From an uncultured Gemmatimonadales bacterium (GTDB taxonomy: Bacteria > Gemmatimonadota > Gemmatimonadetes > Longimicrobiales > RSA9): a stretch of 64,000 nucleotides of DNA. The translations under genes were made by a program, and so were the position numbers. Positions 1 through 9,968 of the stretch are shown here, one piece after another (position 1 is the first letter of the stretch; every line of letters starts with the position of its first letter). The notes under the pieces are model-generated. The model was not told the origin of the DNA. It saw only the letters and a program-made list of their open reading frames with translations, and made no database searches. The stretch covers positions 160,001 through 224,000 of the forward strand of contig CAWAMW010000016.1 of NCBI GenBank assembly GCA_963783305.1, given 5' to 3'.

Positions 1-203
1 TGCCGGGTAAGGACCCCGGCGGGTGCATTGTGACCATGCTGCTGGGTGTTGCGGGTGCGTTCCTGGGCGGATTCCTCTTCCGGCTGCTCGGGATCGGCGG
101 TGAAGGACCCGCGGGTCTCATCGGCGCTGTGATCGGCGCCCTGATCCTGCTGGCACTCTACCGCATGTTCGTAGGGCGCGGGGGCAGCGGGCGCACGACC
201 TAG
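1..203 (+). CDS. GlsB/YeaQ/YmgE family (transglycosylase-associated) membrane protein, 5'-truncated
   Basis: Manual translation ..PGKDPGGCIVTMLLGVAGAFLGGFLFRLLG..LIGAVIGALILLALYRM..TAG(201-203); the typical family pattern. Not in the ORF track. Confidence 0.8.
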   Translation, partial: PGKDPGGCIVTMLLGVAGAFLGGFLFRLLGIGGEGPAGLIGAVIGALILLALYRMFVGRGGSGRTT

Positions 204-283
204 CGCCCGCCCCGTACCGGGGCCGGCGGAGCGACGGGCCGGCTCGATGGACTCGGCCAGAGGGATCCCGAGCCCGCGGTCAG

Positions 284-646
284 TCAAATCTTCTCGATCT
301 CGTCGAGGGTCCGCTCGCTCCGTACGTTCCCGGTGTTCAGGGTGCCGCGTGGCTCCACGAGGAGCACGTGGACCTCCTCGGGTGCGACGGGGCGGTGCTC
401 CATCCCCCGGGGAACGACCAGGAGCTCGCCCTCTTCGAGCCAGACCTCACGCTCGCGAAACTCGATTCGGAGCCGTCCGGCGAGGACCAGGAACAGCTCG
501 TCCTCGTCGGGGTGGTGGTGCCAGACGAACTCGCCCTGGAGCTTCGCCAGCTTTACATCGGTGTCATTCACCTCCGCCACGAGGCGCGGGGTCCACGTCT
601 CGGCGATCAGGCCGAGCTTTCCGGCCAGGTTGACTTTCTCCATCAT
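284..646 (-). CDS. Cupin domain protein
   Basis: MMEKVNL..W.PR.VAEVND..VKLAKLQGEFVWHHH.DEDELFLVL.G..VVPRGMEHRP cupin motifs. Confidence 0.85.
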   Translation of the reverse strand: MMEKVNLAGKLGLIAETWTPRLVAEVNDTDVKLAKLQGEFVWHHHPDEDELFLVLAGRLRIEFREREVWLEEGELLVVPRGMEHRPVAPEEVHVLLVEPRGTLNTGNVRSERTLDEIEKI

Positions 647-906
647 GGATCCGGGTCTGGGGGGATGGCGGGTCGTGCCGTGGGATCGAATGTGCGGGCG
701 CCCGGAAGCCGCGGCAACCATCGTGAGCGCTCGGTCGAGAGGGTGACGGCATCGCCCCGGACGGGTCGCGCTGGCGCATGGTCCGCCGGATTCCGCGGGG
801 CACGGGCGCAGGAGGGCCGCGCGGGTGACGCGCGACGTTCGAGGAGCTGGACTCGGTGGTGCGGCAGCGCCGCCGAACGCGATCTTCCCCAACCAGAGAG
901 GCGCAG

Positions 907-1452
907 ATGGAGCAGGGCTACGCGGGACCCACCGATCGGTCGATGACGAGCCGGATGATGGGTGCGGCGCTGCTGGACACCGCCACGTACGAGGAAGTGG
1001 AGCACGACTCGTCGGCGACGACGCAGGCCGGGATCGTGGTGGCCATCGTGGCGGTGTGCGCGGCCATCGGGAATGCCGGGGACGGCGGGAGCGGCGCCAT
1101 CGGCGCGCTCATCTCGGCGCTGCTGGGATGGCTGGTCTGGAGCGGCGTGACGTACGTGATCGGCGACAAGGTCTTCGGCGGCACGGCCACCTGGGGCGAG
1201 CTGCTCCGGACGCTGGGCTTCGCACAGTCGCCGGGGGTCCTCTATGTCCTGGGGATCATCCCGCTGCTGGGACGTCTGGCGGTGTTCGGTGTGTGGATCT
1301 GGCTGCTGGTCACCGGGATCGTGGCCATCCGCCAGGCGCTGGACTTCTCGACCGGGAAAGCGGTCCTCACCGCGCTGCTGGGGCTCGCCGCGTACATCGC
1401 CGTGGCGGTCACGCTCGCCCTGGTCTTCGGCGTGGGCGGGCTGCTGATGTGA
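907..1452 (+). CDS. YIP1-family-like membrane protein
   Basis: GAGAGG RBS before ATG 907; YEEVEHD..T.QA motif, RTLGFAQSPG, about 5 hydrophobic helices. Confidence 0.7.
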   Translation: MEQGYAGPTDRSMTSRMMGAALLDTATYEEVEHDSSATTQAGIVVAIVAVCAAIGNAGDGGSGAIGALISALLGWLVWSGVTYVIGDKVFGGTATWGELLRTLGFAQSPGVLYVLGIIPLLGRLAVFGVWIWLLVTGIVAIRQALDFSTGKAVLTALLGLAAYIAVAVTLALVFGVGGLLM

Positions 1453-1462
1453 GGTCTGAGAA

Positions 1463-2062
1463 CTAAGAGCCGAGACTGCTGCGGCAGTACCTGCAGATCC
1501 TGGCGCCAGGGAGGATGAGCTCCGCGCAGTGCGGACACGGTCGGCGCTCCTCTTCCCCGCTGACCGCCCCGCCCGGCGTGATGGCGGGCTCGAGCGCCCG
1601 CGGCGCGTCCCGGGCCTCCAGCGCTGCCGGTTCGGCCCCTCGTTCGTTGTAGTCGCGCACCCGCTTCCCCATGTAGAAGGCTTCCACCAGCCCCACCAGC
1701 GTGGGGACGAAGGTCCAGAAGAAGGGGAGGTAGAGGAGACCGCGCTTATCGCCGAGATAGAAGCGGTGGCCGCCGAACCCGCCGAGGAATACGGCGAGCA
1801 AGGTGCCGACACGCTCGCTCTTCTCACCCGACTCCCCGGCCGGCGCCGGCGTTGGGCTCGGCCGCGGCCTGCGGGTGCTCGTGGCGTACTCCTCCAGGGC
1901 GGCATCCAGCGCGGACTGGCTGATCCCGGCCTCGAGCGCGGCCTCACGCAGGGCGTCGACCGAGCTGGTCTCCTGGCGATCGCGGTCCAGCTCGGCGGCC
2001 CGGGCCAGGATGCCGGGCACGCGCTCTTCCGGAATCGGCTCTTCGTCTGTGGATCCCGCCAT
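1463..2062 (-). CDS. TM2/NINE domain protein with C-terminal zinc ribbon
   Basis: LLAVFLGGFGGHRFYLG..GLLYL.F.WT.VP (TM2) and CPHCAE..ARICRYC. Confidence 0.75.
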   Translation of the reverse strand: MAGSTDEEPIPEERVPGILARAAELDRDRQETSSVDALREAALEAGISQSALDAALEEYATSTRRPRPSPTPAPAGESGEKSERVGTLLAVFLGGFGGHRFYLGDKRGLLYLPFFWTFVPTLVGLVEAFYMGKRVRDYNERGAEPAALEARDAPRALEPAITPGGAVSGEEERRPCPHCAELILPGARICRYCRSSLGS

Positions 2063-2066
2063 CGGC

Positions 2067-2633
2067 CTACTCCTGATTCGCCATCGTGTGCGCCAGGTGA
2101 TGCCGTCCGTGCCATACGTAGTGCTGGAGCGCACTCTCCAGCGTCACCGCTCCGTCCACCGGGTGGATGTAGCAGCGCTGGAACTCCTCGGCGGTGAGCG
2201 ACCGGAGGAATGCGACCCAGCGGCGGTGCAGTGACTCCAGGAGGACGAGCGACGTCTCCACGTCCGCCCCTCGGCCATCGGGTCGCTCCGCCCAGGCCGT
2301 CTGGTCGTAGGCGGTGATCCGCGGGTCATCCTCGGTGGCCGCGAGCTTGAACCGAATGTACGCGTTGGCGTGGCTGTCCGGCAGGTGGTGGACGACCTGC
2401 CGGACGGACCAGCCGCCAGGGCGGTAGGGGGCGTCCAGCTGCTCGGCGGTGAGCCCGTCGATGACCGCCCGCAGGTCAGCCGGCAGCGCGGCAATGTCGT
2501 CGATCAGGACGGCGCGCTCGTCGGCCGTGAGCCCCGACCGCGCTGCGGCCCGGCCGATGGGGTAGCGCAGCGATTCCGGCGCCGGCCCCGTCCGCTCGCC
2601 CGAGGCGCCTGCGCCGTTCGGGTCAGCCGTCAC
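2067..2633 (-). CDS. yfiT: YfiT/DinB-family bacillithiol transferase (metal-dependent)
   Basis: LRYPIG, YRPGGWSVRQVVHHLPDSH.NAYIRFKLA.TED, WHGRHH.AH; start uncertain. Confidence 0.85.
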   Translation of the reverse strand: MTADPNGAGASGERTGPAPESLRYPIGRAAARSGLTADERAVLIDDIAALPADLRAVIDGLTAEQLDAPYRPGGWSVRQVVHHLPDSHANAYIRFKLAATEDDPRITAYDQTAWAERPDGRGADVETSLVLLESLHRRWVAFLRSLTAEEFQRCYIHPVDGAVTLESALQHYVWHGRHHLAHTMANQE

Positions 2634-2838
2634 GGTTCGCGTCCTTTCGCCGGACCCAATCGTCCCTAAGCAGTCCGCCAATCCCCCAGTTCTCCGGGGA
2701 GACCTCCTGGATCACGACCGTGGTCCGATCGCGGTCCTTGTTCAGGATGGTGACCAGCGACTCGGTGACCTCCGCGACCAGCCGCTCCTTCTGCTCCCGC
2801 GTCGCGCTGCCCACGATCTGGATGTTCACGTACGGCAT
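2623..2838 (-). CDS. 4-oxalocrotonate tautomerase family protein
   Basis: N-terminal catalytic Pro (MPYVNI), EQK..LV..VT, V.IQEV...NWGIGG; 71 aa. Confidence 0.9.
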   Translation of the reverse strand: MPYVNIQIVGSATREQKERLVAEVTESLVTILNKDRDRTTVVIQEVSPENWGIGGLLRDDWVRRKDANRDG

Positions 2839-2910
2839 GTATGGCCTCTCTTTCGATGCACAGGGTCCGGGCGGCCACCGGGCGGACGCCCGGTTGGCGC
2901 AGCGACCGGT

Positions 2911-3441
2911 TCACAGGGGCGGCCCGGGGGCGCGTCGCCGGCATAGCTCGACCAGCTTCCGCACCGTGTTCATGTTGCGGGCGGTCGCGTGCGCCGCCGC
3001 GGGGATCTTCAACCGCGACCGTCCCATCCCGTTCGGGTAGTGGACGTACAGCTCCCGCCCGCCGAGTCGCACCTCCTCGCCGTCGGGGGCGACCACGTGC
3101 TCCAGGGCGTCGGGCGGGGGTGGGGCAGGGAGGAACAGGACCGCCGTGCGGCTCGGCTGCGCGTCGGGGAAGGGATTGGCCGCGGCGATCGCTGCGAGCT
3201 CCCCCGCCGTCCGCACCAGGACGCCGACATCCGTACCCGCGTAGTCCGCGAGCGCCCGCTCCAGCCCCGCCTCGACGTCGGCCTCGGTGCCGTCCCATTC
3301 GAAGACCAGGTTGCCGCTGGCGATGTAGGTCTCGGGCTCCCGGAACCCCAGCCCTTTCGCCATCTCGACGAGGTCGGTCATGGGCAGCCGGCCCGTTCCG
3401 CCGACGTTGACCGCGCGCAGCAGCGCGACGAACACGCTCAT
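2911..3441 (-). CDS. DUF1697 family protein
   Basis: VALLRAVNVGG...LPM..L, TYIASGNLVF, NPF, TARNMNTV.KL. Confidence 0.9.
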   Translation of the reverse strand: MSVFVALLRAVNVGGTGRLPMTDLVEMAKGLGFREPETYIASGNLVFEWDGTEADVEAGLERALADYAGTDVGVLVRTAGELAAIAAANPFPDAQPSRTAVLFLPAPPPPDALEHVVAPDGEEVRLGGRELYVHYPNGMGRSRLKIPAAAHATARNMNTVRKLVELCRRRAPGPPL

Positions 3442-3505
3442 GGCGTTCCGGCCCCGCTACACATAGCGCGCCGCCAGCCGTCCGAGCGCCTTGCGCATAT
3501 GGCTA

Positions 3506-4474
3506 TCACCGGGGGCTCGATTCAGGCGGGAACAGCTCCCGCAGCGCGCGGAGCGCCGCGGGGTGGTAGATCGTGGCGTGGGTCTCGTCCGGCATGGCCG
3601 TGTGGTGCCAGGTGAGCTCCGCCGCCGGGGCCATTGACAGGATCTCCGCGAGGCGAGCCGTCCCGGCGGCCAGGCCGGGCTCGCGGCTGCTGGCCAGGTA
3701 GAGCGTGCGGTGACCGGCTGCGGCATCATGGAGGAGGGCCGGCGCGCGGTCGAGGAGCCCCCCCTCGTCCCACCAGAGACTGGGGTCGAACGCGATGTAG
3801 GTGTCGAAGAGGTCGGGCTCGAGGAGCAGCGTCTCCACGACGCACAGCCCGGCCAACGACTCGCCCATGATTGCCGTCTCGCCCGACGTGGCGTAGCGGG
3901 CGTCGATGAGGGGCATCAGCTCGGCCCGGATGAATCGCCGGAACGCCGCCGACCCTCCCACCACGGGGGCGATCGCGCGGTCGTCCTCGCTGCGTGTGGG
4001 GCCCGTGAGGTCGCGGCGGCGCTCGGTGTTCTCGATCCCGACCAGAAGGAACGGCCGCATGCTGCCGTTCCCGACCAGGACCTGGAGGAGCCCGGCAATG
4101 TGGAGGAAGTCCTCGCGAATCCCGCCATCGGGCATGTACAGCACCGGTCGCGGCGTGCCCGCCGGCTCGGTGTAGGAGGGCGGGGCGTAGACGTTGATGC
4201 GGCGCTCCTCGCCGAGGGTGGCCGAGTGGAGCGTGAACGTCTCGCCCATGGTGAGCGGGGCGATGCTGGCGGTGTCGCTGACCGGCCGCTGCGCCAGCGC
4301 TGGCGAGCCGAGGCCCAGCGCCGCCACGGCGGCGAACACGACCCGGGAGCGCCGCATCACGCCCCGCGGCGGGCGGTGGCCCGCGACCGCATGTACCAGG
4401 AGAAGGCGTGGACTCGAGGACGCAGCCTGAGCCGGCCCGGCGGCGAGCTCCGTGGGCAGCGATTCCTGCGTCAT
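3506..4474 (-). CDS. Secreted alpha/beta-hydrolase (IroE/Fes-like esterase)
   Basis: PVLYMPDGG, ERRRDLT, GESLAG nucleophile elbow, PSLWW, ETHATI; signal-like segment; start uncertain. Confidence 0.8.
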   Translation of the reverse strand: MTQESLPTELAAGPAQAASSSPRLLLVHAVAGHRPPRGVMRRSRVVFAAVAALGLGSPALAQRPVSDTASIAPLTMGETFTLHSATLGEERRINVYAPPSYTEPAGTPRPVLYMPDGGIREDFLHIAGLLQVLVGNGSMRPFLLVGIENTERRRDLTGPTRSEDDRAIAPVVGGSAAFRRFIRAELMPLIDARYATSGETAIMGESLAGLCVVETLLLEPDLFDTYIAFDPSLWWDEGGLLDRAPALLHDAAAGHRTLYLASSREPGLAAGTARLAEILSMAPAAELTWHHTAMPDETHATIYHPAALRALRELFPPESSPR

Positions 4475-4667
4475 GGGACGGGCTCCGAGAGGGGTCCGGG
4501 GTGGGGACCCCGGAATATGTCGGACGCCCCCACCCACAGCAAGCATAGGCGGGGCACGACCGCGGGGGGCAACGCTTTGCCCGCCCCGGCCGTCCCTGAC
4601 TACTGTAGGTGCGGGCGCCCGCCGCCCGTTCGACACGACCAGCCAACCGACACCGAGGACCGTACCG

Positions 4668-7139
4668 ATGCGAGATACCCGAACGCTGACGGGAGCCCGC
4701 GGGCTCGCCTTCGCCCTGAGCGCGCTGCTCCTGACCGCCTGCGGCAAGGGCGCCGGCCCCACGGGCCCCGTGCCCCACGTGGACGGGAAGGGCAAGGACG
4801 GCGGTGGCTACGCGGAGGTGATCGAGGGGACGGTGGCGGACAGCGGTCTGTTCGTGGTGCATCGGAGCGATGAGAAGCTGCTGTTCGAGATCCCGGACAC
4901 GCTGCTGGGTCGCGAGCTGCTGGTGATCAGCCGGATCGCGCGGGTGCCGGGCGACATCAGCGGGTTCATCGTCGCCGGTCACAAGGTGCAGGAGCAGGTG
5001 TGGGTCTGGGAGCGGCGGGGCGAGCAGCTGCTGCTGCGGAAGCGGTCGTACGCGCAGGTGGCGGCGGACTCGCTACCGATCAGCATGAGCGTGGTGAACA
5101 ACAACTACGCGCCGATCGTGGCGTCGTTCGACATCGAGGCGGAGGGGCCGGACTCGGCGTCGGTGGTGGTGGACGTGACCGATCTGTACGAGGGGGACAC
5201 GCAGGCGATCAGCGCGCTGAGCCCTGCGCAGCGTCGGGAGCTGGGGGTGCGGCGGCTGGACGAGTCCCGGAGCTTCATCGTGTTCGCGCGGAGCTTCCCG
5301 GAGAACGTGGACGTGCGGCACGCGCTCACGTACGAGGCGACGGAGCTGCCCCGGGAGAACAACACGGGGACGCTGAGCATGGAGATGCACCAGTCGATGG
5401 TGCTGCTGCCGGCGGAGCCCATGCGTCCGCGTCTGGCGGACGAGCGGGTGGGCTATTTCGGCGTGAGCCGGACAAACTTCGGGGTGCCGGACCAGAAGGC
5501 GTCGGAGGAGACGTTCATCCGGCGGTGGCGGCTGGAGCCGAGCGACCCGGCGGCGTACGCCCGGGGCGAGCTGACGGACCCGGTGGAGCCCATCACGTAC
5601 TACCTGGACCCGGCCACGCCGGCGGAGTGGCGGGAGTGCGTGCGGCAGGGCGTCGAGGACTGGGTGCCGGCGTTCGAGACGGCGGGGTTCAGCCACGCCA
5701 TTGTGGCGCTGGACGCGCCATCGCCGGAGGAGGACCCGGAGTGGGACATGAGCGATGTTCGGCACTCGACGGTGCGGTGGGCGGCGAGCATGGTGCGGAA
5801 CGCCATGGGCCCGAGTGTGAGCGATCCTCGGTCGGGCGAGATCATTGAGAGCGACATCGTGTGGTACCACAACCACATGAGGAGCTACCGCAATCGTCTG
5901 ATGCTGGAGACGGGTGCGGCGAACCCGCTGGCGCGGGACCTACCGATCGACCAGGACCTGATGTGCGAGGCGATGCGGCAGGTGATCGCCCACGAGATCG
6001 GGCACGCGCTCGGGCTGCCGCACAACATGATCTCGAGCTCCGCCTACCCCGTGGCGAAGCTGCGGGACCCGGCGTTCGCCGACAGCATGGGTGTGGCCCC
6101 GACGATCATGGACTACGCCCGCCAGAACTACGTCGCGCAGCCGGGCGACGGCCTGGAGGGCGCCGACTTCATCCGGCAGGTGGGACCGTACGACCACTAC
6201 GTCATCAACTGGGGGTACCGCGTGCTGCCGGACGCGCCCACGCCGGAAGCGGAGAAGCCCACTCTGAACCGGTGGATCGCGGAGCGCGCGGACGACCCGG
6301 TGTATCGCTACCTGCCGCGGTCGGCGGAAACGGCGTGGGACCCGCGGGCGCAGACGGAGGACCTCGGGGACGACCCGGTGGAGGCGAGCACACTCGGGAT
6401 CGCCAACCTCAAGCGTGTCAGCGAGCGGCTGGTGGAGTGGACGACGGACCCGGGCCAGGATTACGAGGACCTGGCGGAGCTGTATGGCGAGCTGGTGGGG
6501 CAGTGGGGTCGGTACGTGGGTCACGTGGCGGCGGTTCCGGGCGGGATCTACGTGGACCTGAAGACGGCGGACCAGGCGGGGCCGGTGTACGTGGGCGTGC
6601 CGCGGTCCGCGCAGGAACGGGCGCTCGCGTTCCTGGAGCGGGAGGTCTTCGAGGCCCCGCGCTGGCTCGCGCGCCGAGACATCCTGGACCGGATCGGTGA
6701 GAGCGGCCTGGAGTCGATCGCGGACCGTCAGGCGTGGGTGCTGGGCTCGCTCCTGGACGCGCGGCGGCTGGCGCGGCTGGCGGAGCTCGAGGTGACGCAG
6801 CCGGAGCGGGCGTTCCCGCTGGCGGAGTACCTGGCGGAGCTGCGCGAGGGGGTCTGGGGCCGCCTCACGACCACCGCCGCGGACCCGTACCGGCGCGCAC
6901 TCCAGCGGGCGTACCTGGAGGAGGTGGAGCAGCTGCTGACGGAGGAGCCACAGGGCAGCTCGTTCCTGCCGGCGCCGGACGTGAGCCGGTCGGACATCCG
7001 GCCGCTGCTGCGGCAACAGATGCGGCGGCTGCGGACGGAAGCGCAATCGGCGGCGCGGCGGTCCACCGACGGCGTGGCGCGGGCGCACCTCGAGGACGTG
7101 GCGGAGCGGATCGAGCGGATGCTCGACCCGGAGCGGTAG
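4668..7139 (+). CDS. Zinc-dependent metalloprotease lipoprotein (DUF5117/DUF4953 Met-zincin type)
   Basis: Lipobox LLTAC; PMRPRLADERVGYF; DPRSGEI; HEIGHALGLPHN zinc motif; Met-turn TIMDY. Confidence 0.85.
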   Translation: MRDTRTLTGARGLAFALSALLLTACGKGAGPTGPVPHVDGKGKDGGGYAEVIEGTVADSGLFVVHRSDEKLLFEIPDTLLGRELLVISRIARVPGDISGFIVAGHKVQEQVWVWERRGEQLLLRKRSYAQVAADSLPISMSVVNNNYAPIVASFDIEAEGPDSASVVVDVTDLYEGDTQAISALSPAQRRELGVRRLDESRSFIVFARSFPENVDVRHALTYEATELPRENNTGTLSMEMHQSMVLLPAEPMRPRLADERVGYFGVSRTNFGVPDQKASEETFIRRWRLEPSDPAAYARGELTDPVEPITYYLDPATPAEWRECVRQGVEDWVPAFETAGFSHAIVALDAPSPEEDPEWDMSDVRHSTVRWAASMVRNAMGPSVSDPRSGEIIESDIVWYHNHMRSYRNRLMLETGAANPLARDLPIDQDLMCEAMRQVIAHEIGHALGLPHNMISSSAYPVAKLRDPAFADSMGVAPTIMDYARQNYVAQPGDGLEGADFIRQVGPYDHYVINWGYRVLPDAPTPEAEKPTLNRWIAERADDPVYRYLPRSAETAWDPRAQTEDLGDDPVEASTLGIANLKRVSERLVEWTTDPGQDYEDLAELYGELVGQWGRYVGHVAAVPGGIYVDLKTADQAGPVYVGVPRSAQERALAFLEREVFEAPRWLARRDILDRIGESGLESIADRQAWVLGSLLDARRLARLAELEVTQPERAFPLAEYLAELREGVWGRLTTTAADPYRRALQRAYLEEVEQLLTEEPQGSSFLPAPDVSRSDIRPLLRQQMRRLRTEAQSAARRSTDGVARAHLEDVAERIERMLDPER

Positions 7140-7217
7140 CCCCGCCGGGCTCCTCGTGCGGCGGGCCGACGTGATCGCCCGCGCTACCCCGCACGGTCCT
7201 TGCTGGGGCGGAGCCGC

Positions 7218-9968
7218 ATGGAAGAGCAGAACGGTGGGGCGAAAAGGCCGGGAGACCGGCCACAGGAGGCTCCGGAGGCGGAGAGCGGTGCGGGCGACGC
7301 ACCGGGCGGCCGTCCCGGGGGCGCCCGGGTGCGCTTCAGTGACTGGGTCGCGTCGTGGCGCGGCACGATCCGGGACCGCGCAGTGCTCCACCGGCTGCGC
7401 CACATGTGGCCGCCCCCATGGAAGCCGGTCCTGATCGGTGCGGCTGTCCTGCTCTTCCTGGGCTGGGTGGGCTGGCGGACGTGCGGGCTTCAGGGCTGCC
7501 CCAACGTCGAAGTCCTCGCCGCGTATCAGCCGGGGAACGCGCCGGTGATCCTGGACCGTACGGGGAACGAGGTCGCGCGGCTCTCGCCGGTGGCCCGAGA
7601 GCTCGTGTCGCTGGAGTCGCTCCCGGGTGATGTGGCGGAGGCGTTCATCGCGGTGGAGGACCGGCGCTTCTACGACCATGGCGGCGTGGACATCCGGCGG
7701 GCCTTCGGCTCGCTGCTGGCGAACGTGAAGGCCGGCGGCGTGGCGCAGGGCGGCAGCACCATCACCATGCAGCTCGCGCGGAACGTCTTCCCCGACCGTC
7801 TCCCGGCGGCGCAGCGGACAGTGGGCCGGAAGCTGCTGGAGGTGCGGGTGGCGCGGGAGATCGAGGGCCATTTCAGCAAGGACGAGATCCTCGAGCTCTA
7901 CCTGAACCACATCTACTTCGGCGGCCCCATCTACGGGATCGAGACGGCCGCGCGGCAGTACTTCGGCCACGGCGCGTCGGAGCTGAGGTTGGAGGAGGCG
8001 GCGACGCTCGCGGCGATGCCGAAGGCGCCCAACCGCTACGACCCTCGGGACAACCCCGAGCGGTCGCGTGAGCGGCGCGATATCGTGCTCGGGCTCATGG
8101 CGGACCAGGGTTTCATCACGACGGAGGAGGCCGAATCCGCTCAGGGGCGCGCCATCCGCACCTCCCGGGCGCGGCCGGCGCCCGAGGTCCAGCCGCCCCC
8201 CGCGCCCTACTTCGTGCGGGCGGTGCGTCGGCAGCTCGAGGAGGAGCTGGGCGACGGCCTCTACGCGCAGCCGCTCCGGATCCGAACGACCCTCGACCTG
8301 AAGGCGCAGGCGGCGGTGGAGCGTGAGCTCATGCGCCAGCTGCGGGCGGTGGAGCGGGGCGCCCACGGCCGGTTCAGGGCGGGGACCCGCTACGGCGATG
8401 CCGGTGGGGTGGATTCCGCGGGGACGCGCTACCTCCAGGGCGCGGCGGTGGTGCTGAGCGCCGACAGCGGGGACGTGCTGGCGCTGGTGGGCGGCCGTGA
8501 CTACTCAGACTCGCGGTTCGACCGGGCCACAGGCGCATACCGTCAGGTGGGCAGCGCGTTCAAGCCGTTCGTGTACGCCGCGGCGCTGGATGAGGGCTAC
8601 GCCCCCAGCCAGCACCTGGTGGACGAGCCGCTGGAGATGGAGCTGCCCGGCGGCGAGATCTGGATGCCCGAGAACTTCGACGGGAGCTACCGTGGCGAGG
8701 TGACGCTGCGCGAGGCGGCGGTGCATTCGAACAACGTGGCGACGGTCCGTCTGGCCATGGCCGTGGGGCTGGACCGGGTGGCGAGTCAGGCGCGGGATGC
8801 CGGGGTGCGGAGCCGGCTCCCCATACTTCCATCCCTGGCGCTGGGGACCGCGGGGCTCACGCTCCTGGAGCTCACCGCCGCCTACGCTCCCTTCGCCACG
8901 CTGGGCACCGCGGTGCGGCCGCGGCTGGTGCGGAGCGTAGAAGACACCGCGGGCGCGGTGATCTGGGAGAGTCGGGTCGAGCGGAAAAAGGTGCTCGATC
9001 CCGGCGTCGCCTACCTCACGACCGACATCCTGCGCGACGCCGTGGACGAGGGCACGGGGAACGGCGTGCGGCGGGGCGGGTTCCGCGGCGCCGCGGCGGG
9101 GAAGACGGGCACCACCGACAGCGGGCACGATGCGTGGTTCGTGGGCTACACCCCCGCCCTCATCGGCGGCGTCTGGATCGGCTTCGACCGCCCTGCCCCG
9201 ATCGTGGCACGGGCGAGCGGAGGCCGCCTCGCCGCGCCGGTCTGGGGCGCGATGATGCGCGACATCCAGGCGGAGCGGGGGGACCTGACGGAGTGGGAGC
9301 GGCCGGCCTCGGTGGTGGAGCGGGAGGTGGACCCGGCCAGCGGGCTGGTGCTGGCGGAGGGGTGCGAGCCGGAGACCGGTCGTGGCCGGTCAGAGCTGTT
9401 CCTGAAGGACCACGTGCCGGCCGAGACCTGCCCGAAGGGTGGCCTCGACGAGCCCGGGTTCCTGACGCGGCTCGCGCGCGGAGTAAAGTCACTGTTCGGC
9501 CGCGCCGTGGGCTTCGTGGCCGGGCTGTTCGATGGTGACGACGACGAGGCGCGCGAGCGGGAGCGGTACCTGGGGAAGCCGCGACTGCCGCAGGCGCGGC
9601 AGACCCCGAGCGTGGAGGAGCCCGACACGAGCACCGTCGAGCCACCCTCGGGCCCGCTCGGAATCCCGCTGGACTCCATCCCCGACTGGGGTGACGTGCC
9701 GGTGGAGGTGGAGGTGGAGGAGCCTGAGTTCGAGGCCCCCCCGGATACCGGTCCCGCCGATGATGATGGCCTCCCCGTGGGTCCGCCGGGCCAGATCGCG
9801 CCACCGGAGGATGGCGGGGCGGGGGTCGGGCGGGGCCGCGGCAATGGTCCTCCGGCCGGCCGCGGCGGGGGCGGCGACAGCCTTCCACGGCCTGGCGGTC
9901 CTCCTTCTGACAGCCTGTTCATCACGGCTCGCACGTCACTCATGGCTCAGAAATCGGTGCCATCTTGA
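7218..9968 (+). CDS. Class A penicillin-binding protein (PBP1A family) with long Pro/Gly/acidic C-terminal tail
   Basis: Transglycosylase motifs EDRRFYDHGG, GGSTITMQLARN, RKLLE, KDEILELYLN; transpeptidase motifs SAFK, SNN, KTG. Confidence 0.92.
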   Translation: MEEQNGGAKRPGDRPQEAPEAESGAGDAPGGRPGGARVRFSDWVASWRGTIRDRAVLHRLRHMWPPPWKPVLIGAAVLLFLGWVGWRTCGLQGCPNVEVLAAYQPGNAPVILDRTGNEVARLSPVARELVSLESLPGDVAEAFIAVEDRRFYDHGGVDIRRAFGSLLANVKAGGVAQGGSTITMQLARNVFPDRLPAAQRTVGRKLLEVRVAREIEGHFSKDEILELYLNHIYFGGPIYGIETAARQYFGHGASELRLEEAATLAAMPKAPNRYDPRDNPERSRERRDIVLGLMADQGFITTEEAESAQGRAIRTSRARPAPEVQPPPAPYFVRAVRRQLEEELGDGLYAQPLRIRTTLDLKAQAAVERELMRQLRAVERGAHGRFRAGTRYGDAGGVDSAGTRYLQGAAVVLSADSGDVLALVGGRDYSDSRFDRATGAYRQVGSAFKPFVYAAALDEGYAPSQHLVDEPLEMELPGGEIWMPENFDGSYRGEVTLREAAVHSNNVATVRLAMAVGLDRVASQARDAGVRSRLPILPSLALGTAGLTLLELTAAYAPFATLGTAVRPRLVRSVEDTAGAVIWESRVERKKVLDPGVAYLTTDILRDAVDEGTGNGVRRGGFRGAAAGKTGTTDSGHDAWFVGYTPALIGGVWIGFDRPAPIVARASGGRLAAPVWGAMMRDIQAERGDLTEWERPASVVEREVDPASGLVLAEGCEPETGRGRSELFLKDHVPAETCPKGGLDEPGFLTRLARGVKSLFGRAVGFVAGLFDGDDDEARERERYLGKPRLPQARQTPSVEEPDTSTVEPPSGPLGIPLDSIPDWGDVPVEVEVEEPEFEAPPDTGPADDDGLPVGPPGQIAPPEDGGAGVGRGRGNGPPAGRGGGGDSLPRPGGPPSDSLFITARTSLMAQKSVPS